A stretch of DNA of 41,494 bases from Pseudobdellovibrionaceae bacterium (lineage in GTDB: Bacteria > Bdellovibrionota > FAC87 > UBA2466). Both the position numbers and the translations under genes were made by a program. The notes below the pieces were generated by a model. That model did no database searches. It saw only the letters and a program-made list of their open reading frames with translations, and was not told the DNA's origin. Location of the stretch: assembly GCA_023250715.1 (NCBI GenBank), contig JAHFAF010000010.1:1-41494 (forward strand). Direction: 5' to 3'. The stretch's first letter is position 1. Each line of letters opens with the position of its first letter. Shown here in pieces: positions 16,980 to 25,260 of this stretch.

Positions 16980-18063
16980 TCCGATGACCCTTGAGGGGAG
17001 ATCCAATGAGATGGCGGTACTCGCTAGGCATAAGCTGGTTCTGATTTCGAAGCGAAAGCAATGCCCGCTTGATAAGACGGCCAGCGAGGCGAAGTGAGGA
17101 CGCCGGAGACTTCTCTTTCTTATCCACGAACCGGGAATTGAGATCCGTGTAGGGGCCATTTAGGACAACAATTCTTTGAAGCTCGAAATAATGAGAGAGG
17201 ATTTCGCTCACCAAAGAGAGTTGCGCGTTATGGCCCGAGCGATCGCGGTTATGACTATAAAGTTTCGTGACCCCTCCCTCCCAAAGTTTTCTTGCGTATC
17301 CCTCTACCTGGCCCGTCGTCATCTCCTGGAAGGAGACCATATTTATCGCAAGATCCAGGGGCACATCCCAGATCTCCTGAAAACTTTCCTGAGGGACAAA
17401 GACGAAGTCATAAGCGCTGGTAGTTTCGCGGAACTCCTTCACCGCATCCTTACCATCCACGAAAAGGACTCTACTGTCAGGGAACGCAGTCATGAGATAC
17501 ACGGCGGAAAAAAGAAAGACTTCGGGAAAGTCCACGATCACGTAGGTCATGTTCGGTACATGCTGCTTCAACTGGTAGGGGAATCCACCCCAGCCCGCTC
17601 CGATTTCACACACGACCGGCTTTTTCTTCTGCCCGCGCAGAGCACTCAACACCTGGCCCTTATCCAAAGCGATTAAGGACTCGTAAAATTTCAAAGTATC
17701 TAAATTCACCAGCTGGCCGTCGAGATTGTGGCCAAATCCCCCTAGAATAGGTGACTCGGGAACGAAGAGATTGTTCGAATCAGCTTTCCGCAGCTCCTTC
17801 AACTTTTGCTTGAACTCCTCTTTTCGCTTTACCTGTGAACTTCGATAATCATAGGTTTTTAGACCGGTAAGATGAAACGTGTGCTGGCGAAGCTTCTGAA
17901 TGAGAAGAGGGGATGCCTCAAGCAGGTAATCGAATCCCGCCAGCTCCTCTCGCCAGTAATCACTGGGCAATGTACAAGAGGGCATATTGTTATGTTTACT
18001 TATTATTTCAAGTACATGATTGCGAACTCGTTGATAGTTCTCCGCTCCGTTTGTCATTGTCAT
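16969..18063 (-). CDS. Putative SAM-dependent (sugar O-) methyltransferase
   Basis: VCEIGAGWGGFPYQLKQHVPNMTYVIVDFPEVF is a glycine-rich motif I followed by an acidic residue at the end of beta-2. 364 aa with a helical N-terminal extension. The family call is tentative. Confidence 0.55.
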   Translation of the reverse strand: MTMTNGAENYQRVRNHVLEIISKHNNMPSCTLPSDYWREELAGFDYLLEASPLLIQKLRQHTFHLTGLKTYDYRSSQVKRKEEFKQKLKELRKADSNNLFVPESPILGGFGHNLDGQLVNLDTLKFYESLIALDKGQVLSALRGQKKKPVVCEIGAGWGGFPYQLKQHVPNMTYVIVDFPEVFLFSAVYLMTAFPDSRVLFVDGKDAVKEFRETTSAYDFVFVPQESFQEIWDVPLDLAINMVSFQEMTTGQVEGYARKLWEGGVTKLYSHNRDRSGHNAQLSLVSEILSHYFELQRIVVLNGPYTDLNSRFVDKKEKSPASSLRLAGRLIKRALLSLRNQNQLMPSEYRHLIGSPLKGHRNED

Positions 18064-18070
18064 TAAGCCC

Positions 18071-19045
18071 CTAAATATCCCAGGATTTCAAATCGGCAGC
18101 TCTAGTAAGATTTAAGGGACTTCTCTTTTCCTCAAGCAAATTCACAAGGCCCGCCCAGCTCCCAAATTTTGCCACTGCTTCAGCGCCCCGCTCACCCAAG
18201 GTTTGAAGGGGGAGAACGGAAAGATCCAAGCTCTGCAATTTTCCGATATCGAGAATGTTTTCCGCGTGGCGAAGCCATTTCGGGGAATAGGCATCTAAAT
18301 TCGTAATTATCGGACATCCCCTCTCCATCGCGGCAAGAACGCTTGTATTATTCGAGCGAACGCCCTTTTCGAAGAACGCGATCATTGCATCTGCTTTTCC
18401 GAGAAAATAATTTACAGATTCATCGGAGAGAAAACCAAGAAAGCGCACACGCCTACCATAAATCCCGACTAACGCCTTACTGACCGCATTGAAGTCCCCG
18501 AAGTTCGCTTTTTCATGAAAAGCGGTGGAAATCCAAAGTGTATAATCGGCGCCCACTCTCTCCAAAGCCGTTTTCAATGTCTCGTGCATCCATGGCTGAA
18601 TCTTATGGGCCATGCCGAAAGAGAATAGGTTGAGAGGGCTCTCGAACTTCGCCGTTTCTTGATCCAGGAGCCCGGGGCACCAGCCCAAGAGAAGAGGCTT
18701 ACCCGTAATCAAGAGTTTTTCCCTCACCTCTTCGTTGCCGCAAACGATTCGCCGGGCGCGGGAAATGAAATCAGCTTCCAAGGGTAATTCATCATAGGTG
18801 TGAAAAAAGAGATCGTAGACTGCCTTGCTCGAATGCAATCGAAGAAGTAACTGATTCGCCGCTACCATATCCTCAGGCAAGAGGTCCTTCAATTTCACCG
18901 AAACAAGGATTGGCTTTGCCATCAAAAGAGCGGGAGCATGGAAGCCAGTACAAGGCACTCCCATTCGCCGCGCTAAAATGTGATTGAACTTGGCGACCCC
19001 TGAAAGCACAGGGTTGGTATGCGATGAAATTATCTGCTCGTACAC
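18071..19045 (-). CDS. GT-B (GT4-like) glycosyltransferase candidate
   Basis: C-terminal half LGFLSDESVNYFLGKADAMIAFFEKGVRSNNTSVLAAMERGCPIITN resembles the GT4 donor-binding motif. The track start is TTG 19087. GTG at 19045 overlaps the upstream TAG by one base (TAGTG) and gives MYEQIISSH... Confidence 0.5.
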   Translation of the reverse strand: MYEQIISSHTNPVLSGVAKFNHILARRMGVPCTGFHAPALLMAKPILVSVKLKDLLPEDMVAANQLLLRLHSSKAVYDLFFHTYDELPLEADFISRARRIVCGNEEVREKLLITGKPLLLGWCPGLLDQETAKFESPLNLFSFGMAHKIQPWMHETLKTALERVGADYTLWISTAFHEKANFGDFNAVSKALVGIYGRRVRFLGFLSDESVNYFLGKADAMIAFFEKGVRSNNTSVLAAMERGCPIITNLDAYSPKWLRHAENILDIGKLQSLDLSVLPLQTLGERGAEAVAKFGSWAGLVNLLEEKRSPLNLTRAADLKSWDI

Positions 19046-20166
19046 TAGACCTTCTCGTAAACAAGGACTCGGCCGTACCGCTTCCAATCCAACCGCTCTT
19101 CGAGGTCAGGCCGACGTTTCATCCCCTCTAGTACAAAGAGCGTGCGCAAGAAATCCTTGTTGAGCACCGTAATATGCGATGGATCTGTTTTCTTGTCGTC
19201 CGTTACGTCGAGAAGCGATTGAGGGCTCGGGTGAAAGCGCGTGGTAATGTATGCGAAACGGGATGTAAGCTTTGCAATATTGGCGACAGTCTGGCGAATC
19301 TGCACCACAGTCAAATGCTCCAGAAGCTCTCGGCAAACTACAAGATCGAAATTGATTCCGAAATCATGGTAATCCGTCACAGACCCAACATGTATCCGGT
19401 CACGAATTTCCGGCGGGGAAACTTTTTTTGCCCCTTCAGAGAAGTCGATTCCATGCACTTCGACTCCAAGTTCGTGCAGGAGGTACATGAGAGCACCCGG
19501 ACCGCAACCCAGATCCAGGACATGTTTAGGCTCGAAAACCGCCTTAATATTCTCTGGATTTTTCCCCTCGATCTTTCGGCGGGTTTCCACCGAATAATCA
19601 TTTCCGCCCTCTCGCCAGCCGTCGTGGAAATAGCCTACGTCGTAGTGCTTATCCTCCACGGCCTTTTGAGCCAACACTAGGTTTTCAAACTGTTCTAAAT
19701 TCATGCGATCCCCTTCTTGAGCGATCCCTTGAAAGTATTTTTGGCTCAATCGCGTCGAGCTATCAAAAATGGTTTCGAGAAAAACTACTTCAATCCCCCG
19801 CGTGGCACATACCGCCTTTTCCCGCTCCGGCAATCCGCGATCCCGCCAATCCGCCCCCTTCACATAATATTTAGGGGAAAGCCTCTCGAGAACGTCCGCT
19901 GTGGTGGTTTTGCAGACGTGAACGTAGTCCACGGTACGAAGTGAGTCAATGAGATAAGCCCTTTGGTTTTCAGGCAAAACTGGCGGTCTGAGCTTGGCTT
20001 GTTCGAGATAATGGTCCCCCTGGACATTACAAAACACGGAAACCCCGAGCTTTTTTGCCTCCTCAAAATACTTCAAATGTCCAATATGCAGAGGATCAAA
20101 CCCTCCATCAACCATGGCGATATTTTGGCCCCGGTACCTTTCCAAGTTTTCCGTGGATACCATCAT
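19045..20166 (-). CDS. Fusion protein: TagD/RfaE-II-type (HxGH) cytidylyl/nucleotidyltransferase domain + class I SAM methyltransferase domain
   Basis: N-terminal IAMVDGGFDPLHIGHLKYFEEAKKLG (HxGH nucleotidyltransferase motif). C-terminal VLDLGCGPGALMYLLHELGVEVHGIDFS and FDLVVCRELLEHL (methyltransferase motifs I and II). First gene of the operon. Confidence 0.75.
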   Translation of the reverse strand: MMVSTENLERYRGQNIAMVDGGFDPLHIGHLKYFEEAKKLGVSVFCNVQGDHYLEQAKLRPPVLPENQRAYLIDSLRTVDYVHVCKTTTADVLERLSPKYYVKGADWRDRGLPEREKAVCATRGIEVVFLETIFDSSTRLSQKYFQGIAQEGDRMNLEQFENLVLAQKAVEDKHYDVGYFHDGWREGGNDYSVETRRKIEGKNPENIKAVFEPKHVLDLGCGPGALMYLLHELGVEVHGIDFSEGAKKVSPPEIRDRIHVGSVTDYHDFGINFDLVVCRELLEHLTVVQIRQTVANIAKLTSRFAYITTRFHPSPQSLLDVTDDKKTDPSHITVLNKDFLRTLFVLEGMKRRPDLEERLDWKRYGRVLVYEKV

Positions 20167-20298
20167 GACTTCGCACCCTATCGGAAACGTTTCAAAAAGG
20201 TAAGAGTCTTGAGTTCCAGCATAAGGCTGGTCTAATCTCTGATTCTGCTAATCTAAAGGAATAGCTAATCATGAACCAAAAAGAAGTAACGCCGACTG

Positions 20299-21366
20299 AT
20301 GGCTGGCGAAATTGGTTGCCGGAAAGGCAAAACAACTCGAGGAAATGAAGTGGACTTAGAGACCCCTCATCCGGAAACCCATCGAAAGAAAGCCACGGCA
20401 AAAGAGACGCTTTTGAACACGGTCCGGGAGGTCCTACGCCTCGAAGGAGAAGCGCTTCTTACTCTGCAAAAGAATATCAACGCGAACTATTATGAAGCCC
20501 TAGAGCTGATGGCGAAGTGCTCTGGAAAAATTGTCGTCACCGGAGTAGGGAAGTCAGGGATCATCGCTCGAAAAATCGCAGCAACACTTACCAGTACCGG
20601 AACCGTCGCCATGTTTCTTCATCCTGCCGACGGCATGCATGGCGATCTCGGTGTAGTGAATGAGCTCGATATTGTTATCGCCATTGGCAAGAGCGGGGAG
20701 AGCGACGAGATGGTCGCGTTAATCCCCGCACTGAAGCGAATCGGTACGAAGATCATCGCTATTACCGCGCAAGCCGAATCCAGCCTCGCCGTCTCAGCCG
20801 ATATCGCTCTGATTACCCCCGTGGAACGGGAAGCATGCCCTTTAAATTTGGCCCCTACCGTCTCTACCACTCTCGCGCTCGCCGTAGGCGACGCGCTTGC
20901 CGTAGCCCTGATGGAGATGAAGAATTTTCGTTCGGAAGACTTTGCCAAGTATCACCCCGGCGGAAAACTCGGAAAAAGGCTTCTTCTACGAGTCGTAGAC
21001 CTCATGATCCCCGTGGAAAAGTGCGCCGTTTTGAGTTCCGATCGGGCAAACATGGAAGACGTGATATTAGCCCTCTCCGAATTCGGCCAAGGGATCGTTC
21101 TCTTTTCTAAGAATGGTGACCTTCAAGGAATTCTTACCGACGGAGACATCCGCCGCCTCCTGCAGAAGCATCGAAACAAATTGTTTGATACTCCCCTCTC
21201 GAGCGCGATTAACCGTACCCCTCTTTCCATCCCCTCCGACTTCATGGCGGTGGAGGCGCTAAGATTTATGGAAGAAAGAAAGCGCCCTCTCAATGTGGTC
21301 CCTGTCGTACAAGGGAAGCAAGCCATCGGAGTCGTTCGACTCCACGATCTTCTGGCGGTGTTTTAG
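20299..21366 (+). CDS. kpsF: Arabinose-5-phosphate isomerase (SIS + tandem CBS domains)
   Basis: GKIVVTGVGKSGIIARKIAATLTSTGT, FLHPADGMHGDLG, AIGKSGES, and a C-terminal CBS pair (GIVLFSKNGDLQGILTDGDIRR, IGVVRLHDLL). The start is uncertain: ATG 20299 gives 355 aa, and GTG 20350 preceded by AGGAAA gives 338 aa. Confidence 0.9.
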   Translation: MAGEIGCRKGKTTRGNEVDLETPHPETHRKKATAKETLLNTVREVLRLEGEALLTLQKNINANYYEALELMAKCSGKIVVTGVGKSGIIARKIAATLTSTGTVAMFLHPADGMHGDLGVVNELDIVIAIGKSGESDEMVALIPALKRIGTKIIAITAQAESSLAVSADIALITPVEREACPLNLAPTVSTTLALAVGDALAVALMEMKNFRSEDFAKYHPGGKLGKRLLLRVVDLMIPVEKCAVLSSDRANMEDVILALSEFGQGIVLFSKNGDLQGILTDGDIRRLLQKHRNKLFDTPLSSAINRTPLSIPSDFMAVEALRFMEERKRPLNVVPVVQGKQAIGVVRLHDLLAVF

Positions 21367-22244
21367 TGGACCCAATACGTGTCTTTGTCGGAGCGGATCG
21401 ATCTCAGGCCTTGGCAGTTCGGGTTTTGGAGCATTCTATTCGTCGGTATACGAAACATTCTGTGGAAGTAACTCCGATGGTGGATATCCCCGTCCCTCTT
21501 CCTAGAGATCCCAAACAACGGCCGCGAACCGGGTTCTCCTTTGCCCGGTTTTGTATTCCTAAGCTGGTTAACTACAGCGGCCGAGCCATCTATATGGACG
21601 CCGATATGCTCGTCCTGCGCGATATTAGCGACCTTTGGAATATTTCGATGGAAGGCCACAAAGTCCTTATCCAAAGAGAGCTCAAGAATGACGAAGCACG
21701 AGCGCCGAAAAAACGGATTAAACAATGCGCGGTCATGCTGCTCGACTGTGGCAGACTCGATTGGAAAATTGAGGAAGTGGTGGCGGGCCTAGATGCGGGT
21801 AAATACACTTACGAAGATTTGGTGTATCAACTCTGCCTGATGGCTCCCGATGAGATTGGGTATGACATTCCCTTCGAGTGGAATAGCCTGGAACGGTTGG
21901 AAGGCAATACTTGCAACATTCATTATACTGACATGCCCACGCAACCCTGGGTCTCCTCCCTAAACGTGAACGATGATATCTGGCTGGAAGAAATTCGCCT
22001 GATGTTAGCAGACCGCACCCTGTCGGAGGCTGAGCTCCAAGAGGAAATCCAACTTGGGTACTTTCGCCCTTCACTTCTCGTCGATTTGAAATTAAGGAGC
22101 TTCATTCCAAAAATGATCCTGCCCACTTGGAGAAAATTGCTTAAGTGGACTGATCGCGCGATGGGCTACGTGGCTCACAGAGTGCTGGGAGAGACAATGC
22201 GGGCTCGGTCCAGGCCTTTTTCAGCAATGATTGCCGATTCCTGA
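21366..22244 (+). CDS. GT8-like (LPS/glycogenin-type, retaining) glycosyltransferase
   Basis: IRVFVGADRSQ, FARFCIPKL, DxD motif AIYMDADMLVLRD, and IHYTDMPTQPW resembling the GT8 H..G..KPW motif. The GTG start overlaps the kpsF TAG by one base (TAGTG). Confidence 0.6.
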   Translation: MDPIRVFVGADRSQALAVRVLEHSIRRYTKHSVEVTPMVDIPVPLPRDPKQRPRTGFSFARFCIPKLVNYSGRAIYMDADMLVLRDISDLWNISMEGHKVLIQRELKNDEARAPKKRIKQCAVMLLDCGRLDWKIEEVVAGLDAGKYTYEDLVYQLCLMAPDEIGYDIPFEWNSLERLEGNTCNIHYTDMPTQPWVSSLNVNDDIWLEEIRLMLADRTLSEAELQEEIQLGYFRPSLLVDLKLRSFIPKMILPTWRKLLKWTDRAMGYVAHRVLGETMRARSRPFSAMIADS

Positions 22245-22317
22245 TACTCACGGGAAACGAACGAGACCCTTTGGAAAAGGGCAATCTACAAAGCCTTCTG
22301 GCTGAGTCGAAATCGGA

Positions 22318-23100
22318 TCAGACTTCCGCGGGAGGTAGAATAGTCTTGGAAGCCCGAGTACCTAAAGGGTGCGAGTGGTAGTCTCCGCGAGAGAGCCATT
22401 TTTCGATCAAACAATAGAGAACAATGAACAGATAGCGAGATCCCATCTCCTTTATTTTGAGCTTAGATTGGCCTGCCTTTCGGTTGATCCAATCGTTGGG
22501 AAGGACCGTGTAAGAATACCCTCGAACGATCGCTTTTAGGGGCAACTCGACGGTTAAATTGAAATGATGACTGAGGAAAGGCTTGAGTCCATCGATCGCT
22601 CGGCGATGGTAGAGCTTGAAAGCGTTCGTCGTGTCATTGTAGCCCAGCCCGAAAAGAATCTGAATGAAGAGATTAGCGAGGCGATTCAAAAAGAGCTTGG
22701 GCCAGGGATAATCCACCACCTTAGCTCCGGCTATGAAACGAGATCCGAAAACGCAATCAACGTTTTCTCGTTCCATCGCCCGGAAAAAACGAATCAGATC
22801 CTCTGGGCGATCGGACGCATCGGCCATGTAAACGGCCACGGCGTCTCCGCCATAGCTTTCCAAACCCTGTCGAACAGCGAAACCAAAACCGTGAGGAGGA
22901 GAATTATTCACGAGTCGGACCGACGGGAAACGGCGGCCGAGATCTTCAAGAATCCTTTCAGTGGCATCGATCGAGTTATCATTCACAACGAGAATCTCAT
23001 AATGGATCTGGTTCGCGCTCAGATGCTCGGCGAGAGCAGTTACCGTGCTCGCAATAGCACCCTCTTCATTGTGGGCGGGAATGACGACGGAAAGAATCAT
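22318..23100 (-). CDS. GT2 glycosyltransferase, polyprenyl-phosphate sugar synthase type (Dpm1-like)
   Basis: [44 protein letters not shown], and a hydrophobic C-terminal segment [18 protein letters not shown] overlap with the upstream epimerase gene. Confidence 0.8.
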   Translation of the reverse strand: MILSVVIPAHNEEGAIASTVTALAEHLSANQIHYEILVVNDNSIDATERILEDLGRRFPSVRLVNNSPPHGFGFAVRQGLESYGGDAVAVYMADASDRPEDLIRFFRAMERENVDCVFGSRFIAGAKVVDYPWPKLFLNRLANLFIQILFGLGYNDTTNAFKLYHRRAIDGLKPFLSHHFNLTVELPLKAIVRGYSYTVLPNDWINRKAGQSKLKIKEMGSRYLFIVLYCLIEKWLSRGDYHSHPLGTRASKTILPPAEV

Positions 23101-24164
23101 GGGAGTAACCGCTCCTTCGCGCTATCCACTATCTCCGTGAGAGTTGTCTCTAAATTGAAACGATATTTCCACTCCGGATAATCCGATTGAAAACGACGGA
23201 CATCGCTGATCCACCAAATATGATCCCCACTTCTATTCTGATCCACGAGATTAAATTGGAAGGGCAAACCGGTTAGTTTTTCGATCCATTGAATTGCCTC
23301 GAGAACAGAGCAATTGCTGTGGCGCGACCCCCCCATGTTGTAGACAGCGGCCACTTTGGGCTCCTTAAAAAAATGCCAAAAAGCATTTACCAAGTCATAC
23401 GAGTGGATGTTGTCCCGAACCTGTTTTCCCTTATATCCGTAGATCGTGTACGGCTTGCCCGATACCCCGCATCTTACAAGATAAGCGAGAAATCCGTGGA
23501 GCTCGGCACCCGAGTGGGCAGGACCCGTCAAACAGCCCCCGCGAAATACCGCGGTTGGTATCCCGAAGTAGCGTCCATATTCCTGAGTCATGAGATCCGC
23601 GGCCACCTTCGAAGTGCCGAAAAGGCTGTGCTTCGATTGATCGATACTCATCTTCTCATCGATACCATGCTCCGCCCAAGGATGGCTCGGGTCCACTTCC
23701 CAGCGAAGAGGAGTTTCGATCAGAGGAAGCTCGTTCGGCAAATCTCCATAGACCTTGTTCGTGGACGTAAAGATGAATGGAGTCTCGGGGCAAAATTTTC
23801 GCGTCGCCTCGAGCATTACCAGGGTGCCCGTGGCATTGACGCTGAAATCGGTGAAGGGCTCACGCACGGCCCAGTCATGAGAGGGTTGGGCGGCAGCGTG
23901 AATCACCAGCTTGATGTTGTTTCCAAGGTTGAAAAAAATTTTGAAAATTTCATCCTGATCCCGGATATCTATACTGGCTTGTTTGAACCGCCTGAGCGAT
24001 TTGCGCAAAAACTCACTATTCCACTCAGTGGATCCGTCCTCACCGAAAAAATACTTTCGCAAGTTGTTATCGATACCCAAGACATCAAAGCCTTTATCAT
24101 GGAAGAATCTCGCCGCTTCACTGCCGACAAGCCCCGAGGAGCCGGTGATCAGGACAACCGACAT
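23097..24164 (-). CDS. Extended-SDR NAD-dependent epimerase/dehydratase, CDP-paratose 2-epimerase-like, with Phe in place of the catalytic Tyr
   Basis: [18 protein letters not shown] (GxxGxxG), [25 protein letters not shown]. The expected YxxxK reads FGTSK (codon 23619..23621). Confidence 0.8.
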   Translation of the reverse strand: MSVVLITGSSGLVGSEAARFFHDKGFDVLGIDNNLRKYFFGEDGSTEWNSEFLRKSLRRFKQASIDIRDQDEIFKIFFNLGNNIKLVIHAAAQPSHDWAVREPFTDFSVNATGTLVMLEATRKFCPETPFIFTSTNKVYGDLPNELPLIETPLRWEVDPSHPWAEHGIDEKMSIDQSKHSLFGTSKVAADLMTQEYGRYFGIPTAVFRGGCLTGPAHSGAELHGFLAYLVRCGVSGKPYTIYGYKGKQVRDNIHSYDLVNAFWHFFKEPKVAAVYNMGGSRHSNCSVLEAIQWIEKLTGLPFQFNLVDQNRSGDHIWWISDVRRFQSDYPEWKYRFNLETTLTEIVDSAKERLLP

Positions 24165-24177
24165 GGATTCTCCTCAC

Positions 24178-25260
24178 TCACTTCGACTCCGCCGATGGGG
24201 GGAACTGAAATAATGGACGTAATGAGGCCTCGTTCTCTTTCAGCCACCGGAAAATAGCCTCGACAATTCCCGGAACAGAGATTTGCGGCTCCCACCCAAA
24301 AAACTCGCGAACTTTGGAGTTATCTGAAACATAATAGGGAATATCCATGGCGTGGGTATCGGCAGACGAAGACAGCTCGGTAGATCTTCCGATGGCTTTC
24401 TCGCACAAAGCCGTGAGCTCTGCTAAGGAGATTGAATTCTCAGGGCCACCACCGACGTTGAAGACTTCAGCGGTCACTTTTTTGGAAGCGATCTGCAAGC
24501 GAAGCAATTTGTAGAGATCTTCCGGATGCAGGAGATCGCGGACCTGTTTTCCCTCGCCCTTAAACCCCGTATACTTCAGCGGAAGGCCAAAATAGTGGTG
24601 GGCCACCCAAAGGGTATAGACTCCCTGATCTACCTTCCCAAACTGTCCCGGCCCCGCGATTACTCCGCAGCGATTTAAAATCACATTGAGCCCGAATGTA
24701 TTCGCGTACTCCTGAACGATGATTTCAGACGCCAGCTTGCTGCCACCATAGAGGGACCGAGGAGAATCGGTCGGAAACCCTTCCGAGATTCCCCCAGCAG
24801 TCACCCCCTTAAATCGCTGTACGGAAGAAAGCTCGAATCGGCTCACGCGCTCTTCCAATGAGAGGGCGCGAAGCGGGGACAACGAATAAACGCGTGAAGT
24901 GGAAAGAAACGCGAAAAGCCCGCATCTTTTTCTTGCGAACTCGAGGCAATTTAAGGTGCCCACGAGATTAGTCTGCAAAACATAACCCGGGCCTGCTGCT
25001 CCCGCTAAAACACTCGGTTCCGCGGATGCCTCGATGAACAGATCAAAGTTACCATCCACCGCTTGAAGATCTTCGGGACAGCGGATGTCTCCGTGATAAA
25101 ACTCGACCCCCGCTTTTTTGAGCAAGGAGAGGTTCAGCTCGGACCCACGCCTTTTCAAATTGTCCAAGCCGTGGATTTGGGCTTGGGGAAAATCGCGGCG
25201 GAAAGCACGGGCGAGAGTGGTGCCGACGAAACCCGCTATTCCCGTAATAAAAACCCTCAT
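24178..25260 (-). CDS. Extended-SDR NAD-dependent epimerase/dehydratase (CDP-paratose 2-epimerase-like)
   Basis: MRVFITGIAGFVGTTLARAF, LSTSRVYS, canonical YGGSKLASE (YxxxK), GEGKQVRDLLHPEDL. Confidence 0.8.
   Translation of the reverse strand: MRVFITGIAGFVGTTLARAFRRDFPQAQIHGLDNLKRRGSELNLSLLKKAGVEFYHGDIRCPEDLQAVDGNFDLFIEASAEPSVLAGAAGPGYVLQTNLVGTLNCLEFARKRCGLFAFLSTSRVYSLSPLRALSLEERVSRFELSSVQRFKGVTAGGISEGFPTDSPRSLYGGSKLASEIIVQEYANTFGLNVILNRCGVIAGPGQFGKVDQGVYTLWVAHHYFGLPLKYTGFKGEGKQVRDLLHPEDLYKLLRLQIASKKVTAEVFNVGGGPENSISLAELTALCEKAIGRSTELSSSADTHAMDIPYYVSDNSKVREFFGWEPQISVPGIVEAIFRWLKENEASLRPLFQFPPSAESK

Noticed and set aside
16980-17159. 60-aa N-terminal extension of the kdsB ORF as given in the track (start 17159)
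   Set aside because: The extension overlaps the 3' end of the upstream methyltransferase gene by ~190 nt and has no KdsB similarity. ATG 16979 gives MKTDKSRIIAVIPAR..., the canonical KdsB N-terminus and length.
22267-22281. Small hairpin CCCTTT-GGA-AAAGGG between the convergent GT8-like and GT2 genes
   Set aside because: It has only a 6-bp AT-rich stem with a 3-nt loop and no clear U-tract on either strand. That is insufficient to call a bidirectional terminator.
22564-23181. 205-aa plus-strand ORF. Similar long antisense ORFs occur at 10770..11396 (+), 7028..7630 (-), 13371..13880 (+), 34864..35538 (+), 37543..38247 (+) and 17176..17676 (+).
   Set aside because: Each is antisense to a gene with strong family motifs (GT2, transketolase, kdsA, ALDH, GT2, lipoprotein, methyltransferase). 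None shows any motif of its own, so I treat them as shadow ORFs.
23289-24257. 322-aa plus-strand ORF, the longest unexplained ORF in the track
   Set aside because: It lies entirely antisense to the epimerase genes at 23097..24164 and 24178..25260, which have clear GxxGxxG and STNKVYG motifs. Its translation is low-complexity and Arg/Ser/Leu-rich with no recognisable motif. Long stop-free antisense frames are common opposite real genes.
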